A stretch of 64,000 nt of DNA, from positions 1,736,001 to 1,800,000 of the forward strand of contig CP128816.1 of the NCBI GenBank assembly GCA_051546255.1, given 5' to 3'. Within the stretch, counting starts at the first letter, position 1; every line of letters begins with the position of its first letter. The stretch comes from Meyerozyma guilliermondii (lineage: Eukaryota). The position numbers were made by a program, and so were the translations under genes. Below the pieces are notes generated by a model. It was given only the letters and a program-made list of their open reading frames with translations. It did no database searches and was not told the DNA's origin. Below, one piece after another: positions 40,267 through 49,470 of this stretch.

Positions 40267-41892
40267 ATGGCAAGTGGATCTCGACCCAGGGCAACATTGG
40301 CCCAGAAAATCAAGGTGTTGGACTTGTATCACCAAGCCAATAAGTCACAAGCGGAGATTGTAAAACATTTTGAGTCGGAATTTTCCATCTCCACATCATC
40401 AATGAGCGAATGGCTCAAAAAAGAAGAACATCTTCGACGGCGTTTCAACGAAATTGGTTCAGCGCTGTTGAAAAACTCTCGGCGTGAATCCAATCAAAAA
40501 TATGAGGAAATCAATCGAGCAATGGACTTGATGGTGCAACAGCGACTAGAACGTCGAGAGCCTGTGAGCGAAACTATATTACGAGAATACTGGTCTATAT
40601 ATGCCCACCAGTACGGTGTGGACGACCCGAAGCGCCTTGTGGGATTTAGTCATGGTTGGCTCTGCCACTTCAAGAAAAGACACGGATTGACTCGCAAGCA
40701 TGGAACTTCCCCTGAAACTGTTGACGGTTCCAATACACCAAATCGCCTGTTCATTACACCAGGAGCAGATGACACAGCTACTGCATCTCCCACCGATGCT
40801 GAGCCCAGAGAGAGCGTTTACCTCGAAGGATCTCGCAATGCTATGAACGACAGTATGAGCACACTGAGTCTCAGTAACGAGCCCATGAGCACAAACACAA
40901 CGCTTATGAACGGCGACACACAAAGCAACAGAGATGACTACGAAAATAATCCTCCTTATGAAATCATAAACCAACCGTACCAAAACTCCATGAATTTTAA
41001 CAATTTTGAGTATGGTCGACAGCCCTCACAAAACCCACCTCAGGCGCAACAAGTACCACAGACTCAACAAGCTTCCCAAACTTCTCAGAATCCCCAGGCT
41101 ACCCAGGCTTCTCAGGCTCCATATGAACCAATAGCTCATCGAATTCGTGGTGTACGTCGCCAGCAAATATCTGCACCTCCACCACCGCATCCTCAAGAAC
41201 AGCCCTCTGGCAACATGCCACCACAACCACCGGCTTTATCCGCAGGACACCCAAACGGGCCGCAGCTACATCTGCCAGTGAGGTTCAAAGAACACGCTTC
41301 TCTAGATTATTTGAGACAACGCAATCGTGAAAGAGTCCTGCCTCAATCACCCAGTGCATCTCGCAGTCCACCCAATGGCCAAATAGCCACAGATTCAAAC
41401 GAAACTATTATTATCAATGCCTCTGATATGGAAAGATTTATCTACCAGTATGCTGATAGTTTCTTCCATCACCATCAGTTTGAATACCCCCAAACCCTGA
41501 AACTTTTCCAAGATTTCAAAAACACATTCTTCAATGAGCGTATCGTGAACCTAAGAACTATGCAACAACAGATGATGAGGCAACAAATGATGAGACAACA
41601 AATGATGAGACAACCTGAAGCCAACGGCGAAATCAACCATATAAGACAAGATCCTCAGCCCAATATTGCGCCGCCCCCAAAGCGTGGACGCAAAAGAAGA
41701 GGCGTGGTGGCTCAACAACAATCTCCATCACAACCGGTGCCTTCCAATGGTCCACCAGTTGGACCACCACCTACAAGTAGCAGTACGAGGGATATGATTG
41801 AGGATTTTTTTATTCGAGAAGAAGTCAACGCTGGTACAGCCCGTCAACAGACGCTCAATGCTCGTAAGCGCTGGAAGGGAAGTGCTGCTTGA
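40267..41892 (+). CDS. CENP-B/Tc5(pogo)-type tandem HTH DNA-binding protein with Q/P-rich tail and no DDE domain
   Basis: RATLAQKIKVLD..SQAEIVKHF..ISTSSMSEWLK (psq-like HTH), then KYEEINRAM..PVSETILRE..FSHGWLCHFKKRHGL (HTH_Tnp_Tc5-like). The rest is low complexity with PKRGRKRR. Confidence 0.8.
   Translation: MASGSRPRATLAQKIKVLDLYHQANKSQAEIVKHFESEFSISTSSMSEWLKKEEHLRRRFNEIGSALLKNSRRESNQKYEEINRAMDLMVQQRLERREPVSETILREYWSIYAHQYGVDDPKRLVGFSHGWLCHFKKRHGLTRKHGTSPETVDGSNTPNRLFITPGADDTATASPTDAEPRESVYLEGSRNAMNDSMSTLSLSNEPMSTNTTLMNGDTQSNRDDYENNPPYEIINQPYQNSMNFNNFEYGRQPSQNPPQAQQVPQTQQASQTSQNPQATQASQAPYEPIAHRIRGVRRQQISAPPPPHPQEQPSGNMPPQPPALSAGHPNGPQLHLPVRFKEHASLDYLRQRNRERVLPQSPSASRSPPNGQIATDSNETIIINASDMERFIYQYADSFFHHHQFEYPQTLKLFQDFKNTFFNERIVNLRTMQQQMMRQQMMRQQMMRQPEANGEINHIRQDPQPNIAPPPKRGRKRRGVVAQQQSPSQPVPSNGPPVGPPPTSSSTRDMIEDFFIREEVNAGTARQQTLNARKRWKGSAA
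41566..41614 (+). repeat. Coding 15-bp tandem repeat x3 (QQMMR)
   Basis: CAACAGATGATGAGG CAACAAATGATGAGA CAACAAATGATGAGA CAAC. Confidence 0.9.
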
Positions 41893-42514
41893 TTGAAGAG
41901 GGTTAAAATATTCCGGTTCTCGATTACGTAACAACATGCACCAAAACAGGTAGAATTATCGATAAGCACAAGCGACATGCAGGTGCATAAACGGTCTGAA
42001 TCTTTTTGCCAAACTTGCCAAACTTGAAAGACAGCTATGCAGATTACATGTGTACAGAGAGAACATCCCATAATAACGAATTTATTGGAGCTTTCCTGGG
42101 CTGTTTCGGGAGCATATTCTCGCAATACTGAAGCCCATAGTAGGTGACATAATTTTGAGGAGGAGATGGAGTTTGTTAAAGTAAAGAATGACGAATTTTC
42201 TGTTATGGCTGCCGAAACTGGCAAACTTAGCCAAATAGCAGCCAAAAATAGCCAATTTGCAATCATGAACAGTGTGTGTGTTTAATGCTTTTTGAAGGCA
42301 ATTTGGTACTAACTCATCTGGATTTTCAGCAGCCCTTTAGTTTTCCTGTTTCTGCAAACTGCACTTGCGTCTTTGAAACTGGTAGCTAACATAAATTCAG
42401 CCATGAAACTAAAAAACCCGAAAGGTTATAATGCCGAACAGGCAGTAAAGGTGATCACTGAATATGATGTGAGAATCAAAGAACTCCATTAACGGATAGA
42501 AAGTCCTTACAAGC

Positions 42515-42558
42515 GATACTCACTGATAACTCACGGATAACTCACTGGTAACTCACTG
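42515..42558. repeat. Intergenic 11-bp tandem repeat x4, consensus GATAACTCACT
   Basis: GATACTCACT GATAACTCACG GATAACTCACT GGTAACTCACT. Confidence 0.85.
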
Positions 42559-42734
42559 CAAGAGAAGCCCGAGACGGAAGCTCGAATCTTATTCTCATAC
42601 TAACCACCAAGGTGATGAATGAACTGGCTTTTGACAGTTCCAGCTTACTGGTATCTCTTGCGATATCACTGATCTCCCTACAACCCTGCTTGATTCATTT
42701 GTATCATCTATAGCTCTAACAATATCATAATGAA

Positions 42735-42989
42735 CTAAACTCCACGGCCTTTGTTATCTTTCAAAGTGAGATCGGCCATTGCTGCAACATCCACTTCAAC
42801 AGAAACTTTGGCTCCCGAGTTATCTTTGGTAGCTGTCCGAGACTTGCAGTTTGCACAATTAAGGCACTTCTTTGGCTTCGTCACCGTAAAGTCCTCAAAA
42901 TCTTCCATTTTGGTTTCAGTTTTGTTTATCCGAGATTCGGTAATGATGTCATGTGCGTGCCTAGCATATAAGTAATTATGTAGAGCCAT
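42735..42989 (-). CDS. Small uncharacterised protein (84 aa) with CxxCxxC motif
   Basis: ATG in strong context (CAAACAATGG). Sequence MALHNYLYARHAHD...KKCLNCANCKSR. No family recognised. Confidence 0.55.
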   Translation of the reverse strand: MALHNYLYARHAHDIITESRINKTETKMEDFEDFTVTKPKKCLNCANCKSRTATKDNSGAKVSVEVDVAAMADLTLKDNKGRGV

Positions 42990-43316
42990 TGTTTGCAAAA
43001 ATAGGAAACGACGACAGTAGAGACGAGAAGAAGGGATGTGACTAACTGGGGCCTGTAACATTAATAATAACCTACATTTGTGTACAATGTATAATACGGC
43101 ACCAAAGTGGGACCACTTTTCAGATGAACCCCAACACCAACTTGAGCCTCTTGAATAGTATGGAAAAAACCTTGTCTGCAGTTTTGGAACTTCATAACTA
43201 GCGCTGTACCTCGTGTCCGTGTCCAGCCCTTTTAATAGGCCTCTACTGGATGGATGCTGATTTCATCATAAGCAACTCTCGTAGCTGTAGTATTGTACAT
43301 TCTATGCTATTCTATA

Positions 43317-45290
43317 TTACTGAAGATGCTGGGGTTGATCATGGGAGAACCGGATGCCGAGGATCATTATGGCAAATGCGATCGAGAGAAACTTGTACTT
43401 GAGGCCATCATCGACAGCAATATCTTTTCGTTTCATCGCAGATCCCATGAGAAGATATTTAATATGAGAAAATATTCCGATATCTTCGGCTTCTTCCTCG
43501 GGTATATCCTCCCAATCGTCCTCCGTAGTGTCATCTTCGCTGTCCGATACATCATCAAAGGAACTGTTTCTGTGGAATAATTGTGATTTGTGTTTTTTTG
43601 GAACGTGGAAATCCTCATCAAAATTGAAGTACGAATTAAGAGCACTAGAAAACACACGCTGCGAATACAAGTCATTGTGATTCATAAATCCGTAGTCGTC
43701 TTCGTCGGACGATATGAAGGGAAACTCATTTAAAAGTCCTTTGTGAAGCATGCCAAACCGCCGGCTGCTATCTTCGTGAAATTTGGACAAAATTGGATTG
43801 ACAGAAACCGAACGAAGGACACGCTTCTTGTGAATCAAAAGGTCCTTTGACTTTTCAATGAGTTTAGCATCTGAATACTCGAACCTCTTGTTGAGTCCAC
43901 GTAGACTACTCTTGCTTGAAAGCTTGCGAATGTTCTTTTTCTGCTTCTGTAATTCAAACCCGATATATGACAATAACTTTTCATTGTGAAGTCTCAATGA
44001 CTGAAGCTCAAACTTGAGTTTCGTAATCTCTTGCTTTGTCAAATCATTATCCAAGATAACACTAACACTATCACGGGAACTAAGCAAAGAGTTTCTGTTC
44101 GACGATGATGTCAATGCACGAAAAGCAGAGCCGCGCACATTGGCCAGCTCCTCCTCTTCTATGCTTTCAATCACGCCATTGTCTTTGACAGGAGCAGAAG
44201 ATACGCGCTGGGCTCCTTCTGGCTCGAATTCCACCTTGATAGCAAGGATATCATGAGAGTTATAGCGTGAATGGTTTGGTTTAGACGCCGAGTAGCGGTG
44301 TGTGGGTTGATTGAGTTGGGTCACCAGATCGTCGTCAAAGTATGTTGAAGAATTATTATTTGCGAGTTTGAGAGGTGACAAAACAAACTCTGTGTCCGAA
44401 CGCAACTGTGCTGGAAGCAGCTGACGCTTTTTGGCATTAGGATCGGGAGAAGGGGGAAATTGGAAATTGGGGTTGTGTTCTAGACTTGGTACTCGGTTTT
44501 TATCAAGGTCAGGAAATTCTCCGAGTTTTACTGGGGACAGTTGGTCGAGATGCAGCACTTGTTCGCCTTCCAGGTCGTCCCAAGTATCATTCAGCACGTC
44601 GGGATCATCCTCCACGTGAGTGTAATGGACAATGCTGTCGTTGGCGTCGTCGTCTACATCTTGGTTCTTATTATTATCGAGCTGCGATTGGTTGACCAAC
44701 ATCTCGTTTTCCCGCGTGAGGAACTCAAGCTGGTCCATGAGTGCCATCTTCAGATTCTGCTCAAGTTCGAAATTGCTTTGCAATACTTTAAAGTCCTTAA
44801 CGAGCCGGTCGTATTCAGCTCGAAGAGAGGTGGCATCATCGGACGTCAACCGAGCAACTTCCAGTGACATTTTCTTCAACCGCACCTGCAACTGCAGCAC
44901 TAGGTCCTTGTAGTAGAAGATTTGGTTCTCGTAGAACTCCTTGGTCCTTGAAAGCTCGTTGCGGAGCTCGCGGACCCCAGATTCTAGACGACGAATCAGG
45001 TCTGTTTGGCAAGTAATGGTGTGGTTTTTGGCAGCAACGTCGCGCTGGCTGTGTTCATAGTCATTTGCTAGCCTTCGGTTGCGAAGAAGAAGGTCAGCAC
45101 ATTGCCTCTCAAGGTTTTTGTAATCATTCATGATGTTGTTTTTATTGTCTTGGTTATTGAAGGAGCCATTGGATGTCTTTGACCGGGTTTTTTGGGCCAG
45201 CAATAGAGACTGTGCTTCTGAGAGGGGACGCGGTGTTGCAGGGGACAGAGAAACAGCCTGAGTGACCACCGTTATGTCATTCTCACTCAT
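43317..45290 (-). CDS. Uncharacterised coiled-coil protein with C-terminal transmembrane tail anchor (about 657 aa)
   Basis: Long ORF with an N-terminal coiled coil, an S/P-rich middle, a second coiled coil (KQEITKLKFELQSLRLHNEKLL) and a terminal hydrophobic helix FLSIAFAIMILGI. Start codon is uncertain; an in-frame ATG also exists at 45434. Confidence 0.8.
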   Translation of the reverse strand: MSENDITVVTQAVSLSPATPRPLSEAQSLLLAQKTRSKTSNGSFNNQDNKNNIMNDYKNLERQCADLLLRNRRLANDYEHSQRDVAAKNHTITCQTDLIRRLESGVRELRNELSRTKEFYENQIFYYKDLVLQLQVRLKKMSLEVARLTSDDATSLRAEYDRLVKDFKVLQSNFELEQNLKMALMDQLEFLTRENEMLVNQSQLDNNKNQDVDDDANDSIVHYTHVEDDPDVLNDTWDDLEGEQVLHLDQLSPVKLGEFPDLDKNRVPSLEHNPNFQFPPSPDPNAKKRQLLPAQLRSDTEFVLSPLKLANNNSSTYFDDDLVTQLNQPTHRYSASKPNHSRYNSHDILAIKVEFEPEGAQRVSSAPVKDNGVIESIEEEELANVRGSAFRALTSSSNRNSLLSSRDSVSVILDNDLTKQEITKLKFELQSLRLHNEKLLSYIGFELQKQKKNIRKLSSKSSLRGLNKRFEYSDAKLIEKSKDLLIHKKRVLRSVSVNPILSKFHEDSSRRFGMLHKGLLNEFPFISSDEDDYGFMNHNDLYSQRVFSSALNSYFNFDEDFHVPKKHKSQLFHRNSSFDDVSDSEDDTTEDDWEDIPEEEAEDIGIFSHIKYLLMGSAMKRKDIAVDDGLKYKFLSIAFAIMILGIRFSHDQPQHLQ

Positions 45291-45517
45291 GTCGAGGAGG
45301 CCGGTTAATCGGGTTGTTTGTTTTGGTGTTAAACACCGCCGGTGCATTGGTGCGCGAGGACGTGCGCAAACAACGAATGTGCCAACATGGCGTGCGTGCC
45401 CCGATTCACGATCTATTAACTGATTTTTTCGCATTATCTCCTATCATCTGGACCATGCAGGAATAATTCGGTCATATCCGACCATAAATAGCGCCTGATT
45501 TCCCTCCCCAATCCCTA

Positions 45518-46528
45518 ATGATTTCTGAGCAGCAATTCAGGGAAGACGTGGTACTCAAATATACCGATGTTATCGGTGAAAACTTGGGTGGCCATGTGAT
45601 CAAGGTTTCGGATGAATGGTTTGCAAAAGCCGAGAACTTGATCAAGCCTAAACCACCTATCAGAGATGCCACTCGATTCACTCACGCCGGAGCTTGGTAC
45701 GATGGCTGGGAGACCAGGAGACACAACCAGGAGGAGGCCGATTATGTGATTATTCGCATGGGTGTTAGCTCGGCAAAATTGATTGGATGTGAAGTCGACA
45801 CAGCATTTTTCAATGGTAATCATGCACCCCATATCTCGGTGGAGGCGGCATTTTTGGAGCTGGAGAAGTCAGATAAGATAGAACATGCTCAATGGGACAC
45901 TGTGATTGCCAAGGTCGAGTGTGGACCTTCTCAAAGACATTTTTTCGTCAGAGACTCTCTCACCGATAAGGCGTATACTCATGTGAGACTTAGAATGTAC
46001 CCAGATGGAGGAATTGCCAGATTCAGGTTATACGGCACTGTTCTTCCCGTTCTTCCTCACGATAGATCTGCTATTATGGATACAGCCTCGGTCAAAAACG
46101 GAGGTGTGGCCATTCGTGTCTCCGACCAGCACTTTGGTGTAGCTAGCAACTTGTTACTTCCAGGAAGAGGCCACGATATGTCTGACGGTTGGGAAACCAA
46201 GCGTTCTAGAGAGCCTGGTCATGTCGATTGGGTGATTGTACGCCTTGGTGCTAGAACTGCAGTGAGAGATGTGGTGATCGATACCGCTCATTTCCGTGGA
46301 AACTTCCCCCAGTATACCAATGTCAAGGGTATAGATGTTGAGAGTGACGATAAGGTCCCTGCTTACAACAGCAGCGAATGGAAGGTACTTGTTGGTGACC
46401 TGAAAGCGGCTCCTGACAAAGAGCATACTTATCCAGTTGACAATCACCCAGTGTGCTCACATGTGATGTTGACTATTATTCCTGACGGAGGTGTCAAGAG
46501 ATTTAGAGTTATTGGCACATTGGCATAG
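45518..46528 (+). CDS. DAL2: Allantoicase
   Basis: Two allantoicase repeats: SDEWF..AENLI..WYDGWETRRHN..DTAFFNGNHAP..YPDGGIARFR, and SDQHFG..DGWETKRSR..DTAHFRGNFP..PDGGVKRFR. Confidence 0.96.
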   Translation: MISEQQFREDVVLKYTDVIGENLGGHVIKVSDEWFAKAENLIKPKPPIRDATRFTHAGAWYDGWETRRHNQEEADYVIIRMGVSSAKLIGCEVDTAFFNGNHAPHISVEAAFLELEKSDKIEHAQWDTVIAKVECGPSQRHFFVRDSLTDKAYTHVRLRMYPDGGIARFRLYGTVLPVLPHDRSAIMDTASVKNGGVAIRVSDQHFGVASNLLLPGRGHDMSDGWETKRSREPGHVDWVIVRLGARTAVRDVVIDTAHFRGNFPQYTNVKGIDVESDDKVPAYNSSEWKVLVGDLKAAPDKEHTYPVDNHPVCSHVMLTIIPDGGVKRFRVIGTLA

Positions 46529-46962
46529 ATATGGCAGCAATAAATATATTTCGAGTTTATCTCAGCTCATCTCATCTCACGAGTGAATTTCAACGCTTTC
46601 CTTATACTTTCTCTTCCTTCTTCTTTTGTAATAGGCAGGATTCCCACTATTATCAGCAGACTTGGAAGTTACCGAGTCCAGTTTTACCTTATACTTTCCG
46701 TTTCCATCATTCTCTTTAAGCAAAACAATTTAGATTACTAGCTAGAAAACTATTATGGTAACTAAAAATTAAATCGAACGAGTCTAGGAAAATTTTGATT
46801 AGGAATCGCATACCTTGTTAGAAGACACTGTATCACCAATATAGTGTTAGTGGATTTCACATAGCTCACACACCACCACACCCACGGTGAAGGATATCAT
46901 TATAATCAGCTCATAATCCAACAATATGCGATAGGGATAGCAAATGTTCTGTATTAGCAATT

Positions 46963-47637
46963 TTAGCGAAGGAATTGAAGTGTGGTCCAGGAATTCAAGC
47001 CATTTCTGGTCACTCCATTCACACGTAAATTATAAAGCAGAACTGTTACCAAAATGCTGCCAAGAATTGCTAACACACATAAAGCGAGAATTCTTGATAT
47101 AGTTAGATTCTGTGATTGGCAGTAGAAATAGAAAGCGACAATACATGTCAGAAGGCACGCAGCAGCAGATAATGAGCTTAACATTAATGGCGCCATATGC
47201 TGATAGGAAGCGTACACTTGTCAATATGGGATTGTCACGAAGCTCAAAAGCGCTGATAGCATGAAAGAGGCCTTGCTAAAATAAGTTTGGTTCTGATCGA
47301 CGTATTTTTTTAGAGCCCAAAACCATATCACAATGCACACAGCAGCATAAATCGAGTCGAAGATCATCTTTACTGCTCGCTCCCCACTTCTAATGGAAGT
47401 GAATGCGGCTACAAACCAACTTACTGTCCATATCCCATAACCGACTCCAGCTGCGGACCAGACAAATTTCGGAATCTCGTTTTTCATAACCTTAGGGTAT
47501 ACCAACCAGAGGAAAACAAGGGCTAAAACAAGCACAAACATGAATTGATTTTTCGTTACCCAGCAGCTGCACAGAGTTTCGGCCAGAGTTTCGGCCAGAG
47601 CTTCGGCCAGAGGTTCGGGCGCATTGGTTCTGGTCAT
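46963..47637 (-). pseudogene. Orphan multi-pass membrane ORF (about 6 TM, 224 codons) interrupted by one in-frame TGA at 47221-47223; pseudogene or readthrough gene
   Basis: Track ORFs 47221..47637 and 46963..47217 share a frame (..VTIPY*QVYASYQH..), and both halves are hydrophobic. Confidence 0.6.
47572..47618 (-). repeat. Coding 12-bp tandem repeat x4 (PEPS-AEAS-AETS-AETS with CTG read as Ser)
   Basis: Plus strand CAGAGTTTCGGC CAGAGTTTCGGC CAGAGCTTCGGC CAGAGGTTCGG. Confidence 0.85.
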
Positions 47638-48515
47638 TTCAATCAGTTCTCTCAGGCGTGATGTAGTTCGTTTCTTCTACATGTTGTTGAAACGTGAATC
47701 TAAATCCTTGTGGAAGGTATTCTTCGGCTAGGTTTTTAATAAACTCTATAAGGAGTTGTCTGTTCATTGTATTTATGAAGACTTGAGTACAAACGCGACG
47801 AATGGTCTTTTATATCTAGCGTGTCCCAATCGAAATGCAAACTGAACGGCTGCATGGCATTGCATGCTTCGAAGGTACAACCCCTGCAACTATCTATGCA
47901 ATTCAGCAGAATATTAAACGCAGCATACTTGAAATATTATGTCTCGAAATTATTTACCTTTATCTCACTTGCTTCTAGTATTCAAGAGAGATTAGGTGAT
48001 TTATACTACATTGTAAGAGTGTCAGGTCATGAGCGAAATAGTGAATCTTTTGGTGTTACATGTATAATTTCGCTCGGTGAGAGTCGCACCTTCGTATGCA
48101 TGCAACCTCTTATCGCGTGAGGCTTGTGAGCCGCACGGCTGATTTTTGCAACCAAGTAGGAAAGCTATGTGGTTGTTGGAGTGGTCAACCTTTGATGTTT
48201 CATGACTATGATATGTCTTATAGGTTTTAGTACGGTGGATTATGGGTACATTTGAGCAGCTGACTAACCTAAAATACATCAGTCCAGAATGGATCACGTG
48301 ACTATGCTTCTGCTTCTATGCATCTTGGGGTGGCCAACTACATCAAATGCACAACATGAATGAAGAATGACCACCACGTAGGTCGCGGACTTAAAGGTGC
48401 TCTGTTTAAGACGAAGGGTAAGAAAATTACAAATGCTAAATATTATTATATTCAATTTCACTGACAAGCTGCTAATATGATCGCCGATAATGTAGAGCGA
48501 AATATTGTAGTTGTA

Positions 48516-48839
48516 TTACTCTAATTGGCGGTAACCATTGTAAATCAAATAACAAAACCCACAACATATAAGAAACAAAAGAAAAGAACTATAAATGTCT
48601 TGAAATGGTCGTTTATATCGAATGGAATCGATTAGGAGACACAAAGAAATTGCTGTTAAGATCACACAAACACCTAAAAATACGATCATAGCAAAATGCT
48701 CCGAATAAGCTTTAAGTACAATGACTGACAAAAGCGAGAGAACAAACAAAATCAAAGCTAGGCGACCATCTTTCCATATATCGACCCAGTAGTTTTTCAG
48801 ATTCTCGGCCATATTTTCTTCAGTAATTTTTTCCTCCAT
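48516..48839 (-). CDS. Orphan small membrane protein (107 aa, 3 hydrophobic segments)
   Basis: ATG in AAAATGG context; three hydrophobic stretches; AT-rich; no family recognised. Confidence 0.6.
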   Translation of the reverse strand: MEEKITEENMAENLKNYWVDIWKDGRLALILFVLSLLSVIVLKAYSEHFAMIVFLGVCVILTAISLCLLIDSIRYKRPFQDIYSSFLLFLICCGFCYLIYNGYRQLE

Positions 48840-49470
48840 TTTTAAGAAATTATCGAAGGTTCGCTGCGATAAAAGCTAGGTTTTAAGTAGACGTATGCGA
48901 CTGCCAAGCCTAGAGCCGTGAAAGAAAGCGGTGGCCTCAATATTATAGCGGGTCAAATGTACCTGAAAATGAGCGTTCAGCCTGATTCTGCTATCTTTTC
49001 CTCTACTTTATACTTTCTGTTTCCCTATTCTTTCCGTTTCCTTCATTCTCTGCACTGGTTTATGCCATCCGATGATAGCCAGACACAATTGAGCTTGACA
49101 CCACAACTCACATGTCGAAACTGACACCGATATCGCTCCCTCAATCGGTGCCGTTTCCCGTGACAGTGACACAGGCGATGATATCCCCAGGACAACATTG
49201 CCTCGTCACCAACCACTTCTCAAGTATAAATACTGGGATTATCAAGATAATCCAAATGACGCAGACACAGATGAACCCACGAAAATGCGGGTTGAACGTA
49301 TAGGAACCATCGAATCGCCTATTACAGGCGAAGTAGAAGAGGTTTGCGTGTGGGTGAGGAGATTCACTTTACACCAGTACACCCAGTGTAGATATTTTCG
49401 CAATACGGGCAATTATAACGGTGTTGGTGGGATGTTCCTTATAAATAGCGCACCGAAAATGAATCTAACT

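Noticed and set aside
41844..42266. 140-aa minus-strand ORF with a signal-peptide-like start and many Cys
   Set aside because: Poor start context, overlap with the 3' end of the CENP-B-like gene, hydrophobicity partly explained by repeated GCCAAA words, and no recognisable domain. Not excluded, but unsupported.
42515..42558. CRISPR-like array
   Set aside because: Eukaryotic context; short contiguous 11-bp units with no spacers.
39652..42734. Intact pogo/Tc5 DNA transposon around the HTH gene
   Set aside because: No DDE catalytic domain, and no terminal inverted repeats or TA duplication were seen.
46586..46592. RRPE next to the orphan PAC-like element
   Set aside because: It reads TGAAATT on the minus strand, too short a match to the RRPE consensus.
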